This document shows, in pieces, positions 55,947 through 64,000 of a stretch of 64,000 bases of DNA (position 1 is the stretch's first letter; the number at the start of each line of letters is the position of its first letter). Under the pieces are notes generated by a model. The model saw only the letters and a program-made list of their open reading frames with translations. It was not told the origin of the DNA and searched no databases. This stretch comes from an uncultured Candidatus Peribacteria bacterium. Its GTDB lineage: Bacteria; Patescibacteriota; Gracilibacteria; Peribacterales; Peribacteraceae. The translations under genes were made by a program, and so were the position numbers. The stretch is from positions 35,428-99,427 of the forward strand of contig CAZKPW010000002.1 in the NCBI GenBank assembly GCA_964554785.1. Reading direction: 5' to 3'.

Positions 55947-56576
55947 ATGAAAAAGTCGTCGAAGCAGGCTCCTGCAATTTCTCTGCGCGCCTGTCTGGCA
56001 GAATTCATTGGTACTTTTTTATTGGCTGCAGGTGTTGCAGAAAGTATCGGCATGATGGATGTCGGTATTCCGACCCCGGTTGTTGCCGGTCTTATTCTTG
56101 GAACACTGGTCTATACCATTGGCAGTATCAGCGGTGCGCACATTAACCCTGCGGTCACGCTCTCGCTTTGGACTGTTGGTAAAATAAAAGGGAATCAAGC
56201 AGCCGGTTATATTCTTGCGCAGCTCTTGGGTGGCATTCTGGCTTTCAATCTTCAAAAGCAAATGTTTGGAGTGAATTTGGATTATGGTGATATCAATATG
56301 GTCGTCGTTGCACTGTTTGAAATGCTCGGTGCATTCATCCTTGTCTGGGGTATTTCCTCCGTCGTGCACGGAAAAGTGGATCCCGCAGCAGCCGGTCTTA
56401 CCATCGGAGCATCGCTGACCATTGGTGCCATGATTGGATCGATGGGCTCATTCGGGATACTAAACCCGGCAGTGAGCATTGGACTCGGCGTCTTTTCACC
56501 TGTTTCCCTCTTGGCTCCCATTGTAGGAGGAGTGATTGCAGCACATCTCTATCGTTGGATTATTCAAGTAAAATAA
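55947..56576 (+). CDS. MIP/aquaporin family channel
   Basis: Two NPA boxes (GAHINPAVTL and ILNPAVSIG). The start is placed at MKKSSKQAPAISLRACLAEFIGTF. Confidence 0.9.
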   Translation: MKKSSKQAPAISLRACLAEFIGTFLLAAGVAESIGMMDVGIPTPVVAGLILGTLVYTIGSISGAHINPAVTLSLWTVGKIKGNQAAGYILAQLLGGILAFNLQKQMFGVNLDYGDINMVVVALFEMLGAFILVWGISSVVHGKVDPAAAGLTIGASLTIGAMIGSMGSFGILNPAVSIGLGVFSPVSLLAPIVGGVIAAHLYRWIIQVK

Positions 56577-56600
56577 AGTAGTACAGCCCTTATAGAAAAC

Positions 56601-56635
56601 AAAAAGTCTGATCTAAAAATATGATCAGACTTTTT
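56601..56635 (+). terminator. rho-independent terminator
   Basis: AAAAAGTCTGATC-loop-GATCAGACTTTTT. Confidence 0.8.
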
Positions 56636-56689
56636 AAAAGTGTCGGCCCTCGTCCGCCTCTGGCGGATCGGTCTGACACTTGGTCATCA

Positions 56690-56719
56690 TGTCATGTCGA
56701 GCGTAGCCGAGACATGACA
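56690..56719. repeat. REP-like hairpin with GAGCGTAGCCGA loop
   Basis: TGTCATGTC-GAGCGTAGCCGA-GACATGACA. The loop is identical to that of 34215..34238. Confidence 0.7.
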
Positions 56720-56774
56720 ATAAAAAGACATTTCTTTGCTATACTCCTGTCATTTACTTCTCTTTTTTCATTCT

Positions 56775-56981
56775 ATGAGTTCCCCTATGGATAACGATGT
56801 CATTCAAGCAAAGTGTGAACAGTTTTTGCGGGAGTTGGGCGTGCCTGGGTTTGTGGTGTTTGGGTGGCAGAAGGATAATGAGCAGTTTGGGGTGGTGTCA
56901 TCCTTTCATGAAATGCCCATTAATGCGGCGGTGAAGGGGATGACTTGGGCTTTGAATGACTTTGTGTCGAAGTCTTTGTAA
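56775..56981 (+). CDS. small hypothetical protein (68 aa)
   Basis: ORF only (MSSPMDNDVIQAKCEQFLRELG...). Confidence 0.35.
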   Translation: MSSPMDNDVIQAKCEQFLRELGVPGFVVFGWQKDNEQFGVVSSFHEMPINAAVKGMTWALNDFVSKSL

Positions 56982-57302
56982 GTTCTTATACTGGGTGTTT
57001 TCCGTGTCATGCTGAGCTCGTCGAAGTATGGAGTCTTTCTTTTAAGTAAGTTCCCCTCCGGGGGCCACTGCCGCGGGGGCGTCCCTTTTTGTCTCCGCCA
57101 CAAAAAGGAACCAAAAAATGCGGTCCGTTCAAGCGCATTCACCGCTGACCCCCTCACCCCCCTGAACGGACTCCGGCCACGAGCATTTAAAATTGCTGTG
57201 CAATTTTGAAGCGGAATCTTTTTTGTTTCCCTACCTCCTATTTCCTAACTCCTACAAGCTCGTCGGCAAGCGGGAGGAGGGGCCGGGGAGAGGGTTCGTC
57301 CC

Positions 57303-57449
57303 CATAACTCATAACTCATAACTCATAACTCATAACTCATAACCCATAACCCATAACCCATAACCCATAACCCATAACTCATAACTCATAACTCATAACT
57401 CATAACCCATAACCCATAACCCATAACCCATAACTCATAACTCATAACG
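57303..57449. repeat. 21-unit heptanucleotide tandem array (CATAACT/CATAACC)
   Basis: Counted by hand: CATAACT x5, CATAACC x5, CATAACT x4, CATAACC x4, CATAACT x2, CATAACG x1. Confidence 0.95.
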
Positions 57450-57469
57450 AAGCCGGCGTGCAGGTGGAA

Positions 57470-57868
57470 TTACGCCTTCAGCACAATCTTCATGACCCAA
57501 TGCGCTGCGCCAAAGATGAGCGCAAGAACAAGCCACCCACCCACTCCGCCATTGAAGCTAAGCTGGACCAGATCCGGATTCATCTGGTCTGTTATTTTCA
57601 GAATGAGCCAGAGGAAGAGCCAGTTCATCAGAATAGTGGCAATGAGTCCGAAGATCAGGTGAAACGGTGCGAAGATAATATGAAGCACCGGACGCACAAG
57701 AAGGTTCATTAATGTGAGTAAAGATCCGACTATCACATACGCAGCGAGCCCTCCATTCAGGAAAAAATACTGATCTAGTTTTGTGCTCAATAACCAGACA
57801 AGGCCTACGGTAAGCACCCATTGAAAGGCGATTTTTGTAGGCCAGGAAAATCCGCGAGATTCTGCCAT
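57470..57868 (-). CDS. DUF360 / phage holin family 4-like membrane protein
   Basis: Four helices. LLVRPVLHIIFAPFHLIFGLIATILMNWL is typical of the family. Its ATG overlaps the ileS stop (TAATG). Confidence 0.65.
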   Translation of the reverse strand: MAESRGFSWPTKIAFQWVLTVGLVWLLSTKLDQYFFLNGGLAAYVIVGSLLTLMNLLVRPVLHIIFAPFHLIFGLIATILMNWLFLWLILKITDQMNPDLVQLSFNGGVGGWLVLALIFGAAHWVMKIVLKA

Positions 57869-60800
57869 TATAGTTTGTGGAAGCGAATAGTTGCCGTCCT
57901 TTCCTCTATATTTACACTTGCACTATTTTCTGTTGAAGAACCGAGTGTGGATTTCGTTTCGCTCGCTATGAATGCGCCATGAATGGCCATGACATCATCC
58001 ATGTCGACAATGTCCAACATGATGGTATCGCTATGGGCCAGACCTGCGTCTTTACGAAGTTTCTGAACGGAGCGGATAATATCGCGTGCGTATCCTTCGG
58101 CAATAAGTTCCGGCGTGAGGGTGGTTTCCATGCTGACAACTACGCCGCCTTCTGCAGCTATGTCGGCTCCTTCGCGTCCGTTATAAATAATTTTTACTTC
58201 GTCCGGACTGAGTTCGGCATCCAGAATGCGAACGGTCCCGTTGGCATCAACACTGAATTCACCGGCCTTTCCTGCTTGAATGAGCTCTTGGACGCGCTTT
58301 CCAAAGCGAGGTCCTGTTTTCCGTGCATCAACCATGGCAATACTTTGCCCCAAGCTGCCTGCATCTTCGGTAAAGTTGATATTCTTCACATTTAATTCTT
58401 GGCGGAGAAGCTGCAAATCTTCGTCTGCAAGTTCATTCGCTTGTATAAGGGACACTGGCAGTGCGATTGTGGCAGATACGAGTGGTTGGCGGACTTTGAT
58501 CTTCTTTTCCGAACGAATTTTATTTCCGAGTCGCACAATCAGGCGAAGGACATGGTTTTTCCGAATAAGTGCCAGCTCTTCTGCGCGTAGCTCCTGTGTT
58601 TTCGGCCAGTCGGTCAGGTGGATGGATCCATGCTTTGCCGGGCTAAGGTTTAGATAGATGGCATCTGTTATAAACGGACAGAATGGCGCGAGAACTTGGC
58701 TGATAGTTAAAAGAACCTCGTGCAATGTTGTCAGAGCGGCCTGGCGGTCTGCATCATTGTCCTCGGCATAGGCATCTTGTTCGCCTGCTGATTTTCCGGC
58801 GAATCTGCGACGAGAGAGGCGGATGTACCAGTTCGTGAGTGCATCAATGGTGCTACCGAGTTCGTTGCAGGTAGCAGAGAGATCATACTGGTCGAGTTCG
58901 TGCGTCATGCGGTTCACCAGATCCTGTACCTCTGCGCGGATCCATTTATCGAGCGGGTGATTGGATGCTATTGGCTTACTGGAGGGCTCAAACCCTGCTG
59001 CGTTTGCGTAGGTGACAAAGAAGCTATAACTGTTCCAGAGCGGCAGCAGAACATTGCGCACTGTTTCTTCCACCACTTTGGCGGAGAAGCGCAAATCTTC
59101 GGCACGAACGGCAGGGGAACTCATCAATGAAAAACGCAGTGCATCGGCCCCATGCTGTTCTATGACTTCCACGGGATCGGGATAGTTCTTCAGGCGCTTG
59201 CTCATTTTGCGACCGTCTTCCGCCAAGACCGTACCATTCACAATACAATGGATGAATGCAGGTTTTTTAAAGAGCGCCGCAGAAAGCACGGTGAGCGTAT
59301 AGAACCATCCGCGTGTTTGGTCGATACCTTCTGCAATGAAATCTGCAGGAAAACCCTTTGGTAATTGGTAATTCAGAATTGGTAATTCAGAATTATTCGT
59401 ATTTCGTATTTCGTGCTTCGTATTTCCCAATCCCTCATCTGCACTATTCATCTCAAAGGGAAAATGCGATTGGGCGTACGGCATCGAGCCGCTTTCAAAC
59501 CAGCAATCGAGCACATCGGGGATGCGTTTCAGGACGGGGTGCAGAGGGAGTTCGATAGTTTCCGTGTTCTTTGGCAGCATACCGACGGCATCTCTGTACG
59601 GACGATTTTCATGGACAATACGCATTGCCTGAATAAAGCCGCCATGCGCTACCAGTAATACTTTTTTCCCTGCATATTTTTTACGAAGCATAGTCGCCGC
59701 TTCTTCTGCACGTTCAAGGAATTGCTCAAATGTCTCACCTTTTTCCGGATTGTGATGGTTCATGGCAGGGTTAATTCCCTCAAAAGCCGGAGCATACGTC
59801 GACGTAATGTGATCAATTTTCTGTCCTGTCCACGTACCCAAATCACGCTCACGCAGAACATCCAACATGTCTTCATGGGGAATATCCAAAGCGTCCGCCA
59901 AGTACTGTGCGGTTTCCACTGCGCGCGTCAGATGTGAGGAGATGATGACGTCAAATTGGCCTTTCTTGAGCGTTTTTGCCAATGCTGCAGCCTGCGCGTG
60001 TCCTTCGTCATTCAGCGGCGCATTAATCTCGCTGCCCTGCACAATGCGCTCTTTGTTCAAATCGGTTTCGCCATGGCGCACGAGCGTCAGATGCACGGTG
60101 TCCTCGGACGGGGGTCCCATCCAGGTAATGTCATCAATCACATCTTTATGCAGATCCATTTGCGCCTGCTTTTTGTGGTCCCAGAAATAAGTGACCGGAG
60201 TTGCAAAACTGGCCATTTCGCGTTCGACCACCTTGAAAGGATCTTCTTTGGTGAAGTAATGATTCACGTTATAGAGCGGATCGCCGTGTGTGACGACTAC
60301 AATGTGTTCGCTTCTGTGTCTTGGAAGAACATCATCAAAAAAATCATGAATGCGGTCTTTCACGCTGTCCCACGATTCCATACCCGGGAGGTGATACACA
60401 CTCTGCGGCATAGCAATTTCCTTTTTGTCCTGGCGCAGTTGTTTGGATACATCCAAATCATGCACAGGAATGGTTTTTCCTTCATGTTCGCCCATGTTCG
60501 TTTCCCGCAGGCGTTCATCAATGACAATGCGTGCGCCCGTGGCATCGGCAATTGCTTGTGCGGTTTGCTGGGTACGCTGCAGAGGAGAGCAATAAATAAT
60601 AGTCGGAACATGCTGACTTTCATTGATGAATGCCCCCGCCTTTTTTGCCTGCTCTTTGCCCAGTTCCGTGAGCGGCGTACCCGGAATAACACTCTGATAC
60701 ATAGGCACCAAATTTCCTTCGCTCTGCCCGTGGCGTACAACGGTGACCTTCGTGAAACGAATGAGCGTATGTGCCATAAGATCATCGCGGCTGGTGATGA

Positions 60801-62250
60801 CTTCGGTGTCGCGCATATTGTCCGTACGCCAAATGGGAAGGGGGGTGCCCCAGAAGCGATTGCGGGAAATGGCCCAATCGCGGGCATTTTCCAGCCAATT
60901 CCCGAAACGTCCGTCCCGGAGATGTGCAGGAACCCATTCCGTTTCTTTATTCACCAACAACATGTCCTGTTTTACTTTTTCCACGCTTACAAACCAGGAA
61001 CTGGTTGCGTAGTTCAGAAGCGGGGAATCGCAGCGCCAGCAATGAGGATAGCTGTGCATGAAGCTTTCGGTGCGGAAGAGCTTTCCGTGTTCTTTCAGCC
61101 ACGCTGCCACCATTTTATCGCCGCTCTGGTGATCATCTTTGGGTTTGGCGTGTTTTCCTGCAAAGTCTGTGACTTCTTTTTTAAAGATGCCATCCAATCC
61201 CACATGTTGAATAAGGGGCATTTTTTCACGTTGTCCCAAATAGAAGTCATCTTCACCAAAGGCGGGTGCTTCGTGCACAATGCCCGATCCTGCATCGGTT
61301 GTGACCAGATCGGATGCGACCACGCGGAATCCTCTTTCCTTCAATTCTTCCACATAGTAGGGGAAGAGCGGTTTATAAGTTTTTCCAATCAGATCGGCAG
61401 CCGGAATATCGGCTATAATTTCATGATCAATATTTTTGAACACAGATGTCACTAAATCTTTTGCCACAATGTAAAAACCGCCTTCACTTTTCACCTTTGC
61501 ATAGGTGATTGCAGGATTGACCGCTGCCAAAACGTTTCCGGGAAGCGTCCAGCCTGTAGTGGTCCAGATGATTAAAAATGTTCCCGGTTCATCATTCAAT
61601 TCCAGTTTTACGTAGAGGGAATAATCTTGAATATCTTTATACCCCTGCGTGACTTCAAAGTTACTGATGGGCGTGCCGCAACGCGGACAGACATGCATGG
61701 GTTTGTGACCTTCATAGATAAGGCCCTTTTCGTATAATGATTTAAACACCCACCAAATAGACTCCATATAATCCGGGTCCATGGTGCGGTAATCATGATC
61801 CATATCGACAAAACGACCGACTCGTTCCACGGTTGTGCGCCATTCTTTCGTATAGCGTTGCACAATGCCGCGACATAAATCATTGAAGACACTCACGCCC
61901 ATATCCTCAATATCTTTCTTTCCTTTAATGTTGTGCTCTTTCTCTATTTCATACTCGATAGGAAGCCCGTGACAATCCCAACCAAAACGACGTTCTACCC
62001 TCTTTCCTTTCATCGTCTGATAACGAGGGATGACATCTTTGATGGTTCCGGCCAACAGATGGCCGTAGTGGGGGAGTCCCGTTGCAAACGGAGGTCCGTC
62101 AAAAAAGCTGAATGATTCGGCTCCTTCGCGGTTTTTAATGCTGCGCTTGAAGATATCTTCATCTTTCCAGTAAGAGAGAATCCCGTGTTCAAGTTGCGGG
62201 AAGGATTGCCGAGGGTCGACGGGATCAAACATAGAAAATGAGGAAAACAA
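57868..62250 (-). CDS. ileS: isoleucine--tRNA ligase (type 2) with an inserted pair of histidine-phosphatase domains
   Basis: HIGH region PHYGHLLAG, WDCHGLPIE, WAISRNRFWGTPLPIW, CWFESGSMPYAQ, GIDQTRGWFYTL, KMSKRL. Residues about 497-905 contain two RHG...HG histidine-phosphatase modules. The start may be Met7 (62232). Confidence 0.93.
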   Translation of the reverse strand: MFSSFSMFDPVDPRQSFPQLEHGILSYWKDEDIFKRSIKNREGAESFSFFDGPPFATGLPHYGHLLAGTIKDVIPRYQTMKGKRVERRFGWDCHGLPIEYEIEKEHNIKGKKDIEDMGVSVFNDLCRGIVQRYTKEWRTTVERVGRFVDMDHDYRTMDPDYMESIWWVFKSLYEKGLIYEGHKPMHVCPRCGTPISNFEVTQGYKDIQDYSLYVKLELNDEPGTFLIIWTTTGWTLPGNVLAAVNPAITYAKVKSEGGFYIVAKDLVTSVFKNIDHEIIADIPAADLIGKTYKPLFPYYVEELKERGFRVVASDLVTTDAGSGIVHEAPAFGEDDFYLGQREKMPLIQHVGLDGIFKKEVTDFAGKHAKPKDDHQSGDKMVAAWLKEHGKLFRTESFMHSYPHCWRCDSPLLNYATSSWFVSVEKVKQDMLLVNKETEWVPAHLRDGRFGNWLENARDWAISRNRFWGTPLPIWRTDNMRDTEVITSRDDLMAHTLIRFTKVTVVRHGQSEGNLVPMYQSVIPGTPLTELGKEQAKKAGAFINESQHVPTIIYCSPLQRTQQTAQAIADATGARIVIDERLRETNMGEHEGKTIPVHDLDVSKQLRQDKKEIAMPQSVYHLPGMESWDSVKDRIHDFFDDVLPRHRSEHIVVVTHGDPLYNVNHYFTKEDPFKVVEREMASFATPVTYFWDHKKQAQMDLHKDVIDDITWMGPPSEDTVHLTLVRHGETDLNKERIVQGSEINAPLNDEGHAQAAALAKTLKKGQFDVIISSHLTRAVETAQYLADALDIPHEDMLDVLRERDLGTWTGQKIDHITSTYAPAFEGINPAMNHHNPEKGETFEQFLERAEEAATMLRKKYAGKKVLLVAHGGFIQAMRIVHENRPYRDAVGMLPKNTETIELPLHPVLKRIPDVLDCWFESGSMPYAQSHFPFEMNSADEGLGNTKHEIRNTNNSELPILNYQLPKGFPADFIAEGIDQTRGWFYTLTVLSAALFKKPAFIHCIVNGTVLAEDGRKMSKRLKNYPDPVEVIEQHGADALRFSLMSSPAVRAEDLRFSAKVVEETVRNVLLPLWNSYSFFVTYANAAGFEPSSKPIASNHPLDKWIRAEVQDLVNRMTHELDQYDLSATCNELGSTIDALTNWYIRLSRRRFAGKSAGEQDAYAEDNDADRQAALTTLHEVLLTISQVLAPFCPFITDAIYLNLSPAKHGSIHLTDWPKTQELRAEELALIRKNHVLRLIVRLGNKIRSEKKIKVRQPLVSATIALPVSLIQANELADEDLQLLRQELNVKNINFTEDAGSLGQSIAMVDARKTGPRFGKRVQELIQAGKAGEFSVDANGTVRILDAELSPDEVKIIYNGREGADIAAEGGVVVSMETTLTPELIAEGYARDIIRSVQKLRKDAGLAHSDTIMLDIVDMDDVMAIHGAFIASETKSTLGSSTENSASVNIEERTATIRFHKL

Positions 62251-62414
62251 GAGACAAACCTACTCTACAACATCAAACTCTTGACCGACAGAGTTCCTGA
62301 AGGTTGGGGAATGGTTTATGCGCTATTTTGCTTTTGTATTGGTACAGTACTTCTGCAACATTCACGGCATAGTATTGCTTTTTGTATTAGATTCTGGTTT
62401 TATAAACTCTTTCT

Positions 62415-63503
62415 ATGGGTACATATCTTGCAGACAGCATCGAGCAAGACGAAGGCATTCAGTTTGTGGAGGCGGATTATGGTGATTTAGATATTTTACA
62501 TCGGCGCATAGAGATTGCCGCCGATCGCTTGGGAACCGTGCCCGATGCCATACACCTGCCGCGTAAAGGATTTTTGATGCACGATTTAACCGATAGACAG
62601 CGGTATGTCATCAATAATCTTCTGGCACCTGCCTATGCTGCGCAAAATGTGCAGGAGCGCGATAACTTGTTAAAAGTTCCGGTTGAAGAATGCGGAGAAC
62701 GTATGGTGAGTTTGCGTCGCGTTCTTGCAAACCAAGATGTGGATGTGAGTTATACGGAATCCAGATTTCATGAAGCATGCGGTGCGTATGCTAACGGTCA
62801 GCGCATTGAATTTGTGCGTCAGCAGGTTGCCTCCAAACTTGTGTCGTTATTTTTGACATTCAACAGCATTGATATTCGTCCGCATTTGGAAGATTTTTAT
62901 CGTCCCCCTGCCGTGCAGAGCGGTCTTCTGCTTCGGCGCGTGGCGAATCTTGCCAGGCAATTTCCCGAATGGAATGCTGAAACGGTTTATAATGTTGCGA
63001 CGAGTTTGACCGCTCCCATGCCGGGTCTCGCGGGACATCAAGCTGGTGCCGCGCTCGATATGACATTGCGAAATGCGCAGACAAAAAGGCCGCTCCCCAT
63101 TGGCAATAAATATACCGAGCACGGTATTATCGGATCATTGGATTGTCCGTATGTCACGTTGGAGGAATACATCAATCGCATGACGTTTGCGCTCATCAGT
63201 CGTATGGGTGGATTTCGCTTGTTGCGTACCGAAAACTGGCATCTCTCATCCGGCGATCGCGGAATGGGAATTGACGGACCGTTGGATATTCATAAAGCAA
63301 TTTACGGACCCATCAAAGGATTTGATGCAGATACGGGTATCATTCATCCCTATCCGCGTGAGGAACTTATGACACCCTATCTCCATTTGGCAGATGCAAG
63401 AACGCTGACGGACTATGCGCGCGTTAGTGACGGGCACGATGATCATGCCCTGACTATTTTAGAAGCAGTGCATAAGTTGCTCGAGGACAAGAAAAAACAG
63501 TAA
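62415..63503 (+). CDS. VanX-like D-Ala-D-Ala dipeptidase (peptidase M15D) family protein with N-terminal extension
   Basis: DFYRPPAVQ, GHQAGAALDMTL (HxxGxAxD), and INRMTFALISRMGGFRLLRTENWHLS (NR..M...GF...EWWH-like). Confidence 0.65.
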   Translation: MGTYLADSIEQDEGIQFVEADYGDLDILHRRIEIAADRLGTVPDAIHLPRKGFLMHDLTDRQRYVINNLLAPAYAAQNVQERDNLLKVPVEECGERMVSLRRVLANQDVDVSYTESRFHEACGAYANGQRIEFVRQQVASKLVSLFLTFNSIDIRPHLEDFYRPPAVQSGLLLRRVANLARQFPEWNAETVYNVATSLTAPMPGLAGHQAGAALDMTLRNAQTKRPLPIGNKYTEHGIIGSLDCPYVTLEEYINRMTFALISRMGGFRLLRTENWHLSSGDRGMGIDGPLDIHKAIYGPIKGFDADTGIIHPYPREELMTPYLHLADARTLTDYARVSDGHDDHALTILEAVHKLLEDKKKQ

Positions 63504-63505
63504 AT

Positions 63506-64000
63506 TTATTTAATAAGTTTGCGTTGCAACAGCAGGACGAAGCCCGCAAGAGAAAGGCCGATGACCGCATAGGCAAACGGAGGCAGGAAGAGGCCGAGGA
63601 GAAGCATTTCCAAAAGCATGGCGAGAGGCACTTCAATAAGCGACAAGCTGGTCACATGCGTGAAGCGAATGCGTTGCAGAATAATATGGAAACAGGTGTG
63701 CGGAATAAACACACACACAAGAACGTACCAAAGAATAGTCGGAAGCAGATGTGCCCACATATCCATATGCACCATGAGCCACGGCGAGAATGTCAGACCG
63801 ATGATACCCAGAATAAGACCCATCTGGAAAAGGAATGACGGATATCGCACGCCGATTTTATTTGTTTGCAACGTGTGTTCCGTTACCAATGAGTACACCA
63901 CGTACATCACAAGTGCGGAGAGTGCGAAGGTAAGACCTTTGTCCGATACACCCGGTATAAAGCTGAAGATAAATACCGGCAGGACCACGACGAATCCCAA
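63506..64000 (-). CDS. polytopic membrane protein, N-terminus beyond window edge (possibly DMT/EamA-like)
   Basis: The open frame reaches the window edge and consists of consecutive hydrophobic helices. The family call is tentative. Confidence 0.5.
   Translation of the reverse strand: MGFVVVLPVFIFSFIPGVSDKGLTFALSALVMYVVYSLVTEHTLQTNKIGVRYPSFLFQMGLILGIIGLTFSPWLMVHMDMWAHLLPTILWYVLVCVFIPHTCFHIILQRIRFTHVTSLSLIEVPLAMLLEMLLLGLFLPPFAYAVIGLSLAGFVLLLQRKLIK

Noticed and set aside
57303-57449. Possible CRISPR array
   Set aside because: The period is 7 nt with no spacers, and no cas genes lie nearby. It is a simple tandem repeat.
59956-61455. 499-aa ORF on the + strand
   Set aside because: It lies entirely antisense to ileS, whose motifs are unambiguous. 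It is a shadow ORF with no motifs of its own.
1-64000. Alternative genetic code (for example UGA recoding)
   Set aside because: Long ORFs with recognisable conserved proteins terminate at TGA, TAA and TAG. TGA functions as the stop in the coupling overlaps ATGA and TGATG. The standard code fits.

Overview
64-kb bacterial chromosomal window, standard genetic code, about 70 genes on both strands. All functional calls come from motifs read by eye in the ORF track and the DNA. No HMM or BLAST search was possible. Recognisable content: a cst-like sulfur module (CsoR-family regulator, rhodanese, MBL-rhodanese fusion); a copper module (csoR-copZ-copA-DUF305 plus an HMA-membrane-cupredoxin fusion); tRNA-Asn(GTT) next to a small GIY-YIG gene; a long minus-strand operon of membrane and methyltransferase genes; alaS; two tandem paralogous sensor histidine kinases with no response regulator; rlmA; an ECF sigma factor with a putative anti-sigma partner; pstSCAB; tmRNA; TspO-, DoxX-, aquaporin-, LamG- and SLH-type envelope proteins; ileS; a VanX-like M15 peptidase. 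Several large proteins (>871, 526, 1355, 1010 aa) have no recognisable function. Items most worth follow-up: (1) a low-GC two-gene island at 37.3-41.3 kb encoding a coiled-coil SMC/ABC-type ATPase tightly coupled to a kinase-fold protein, proposed here as a candidate undescribed defence-like module; (2) an IleRS carrying an insertion of about 400 aa made of two tandem histidine-phosphatase (RHG) domains; (3) an SNF2-type helicase fused to a class-I methyltransferase-like module among orphan genes; (4) a family of heptanucleotide tandem repeats found in intergenic spacers and, in frame, inside alaS, ileS and a membrane-protein gene; (5) segmental duplications bracketing a four-gene block and the pst operon just upstream of tmRNA. 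No integrase, transposase, CRISPR array or rRNA was seen.
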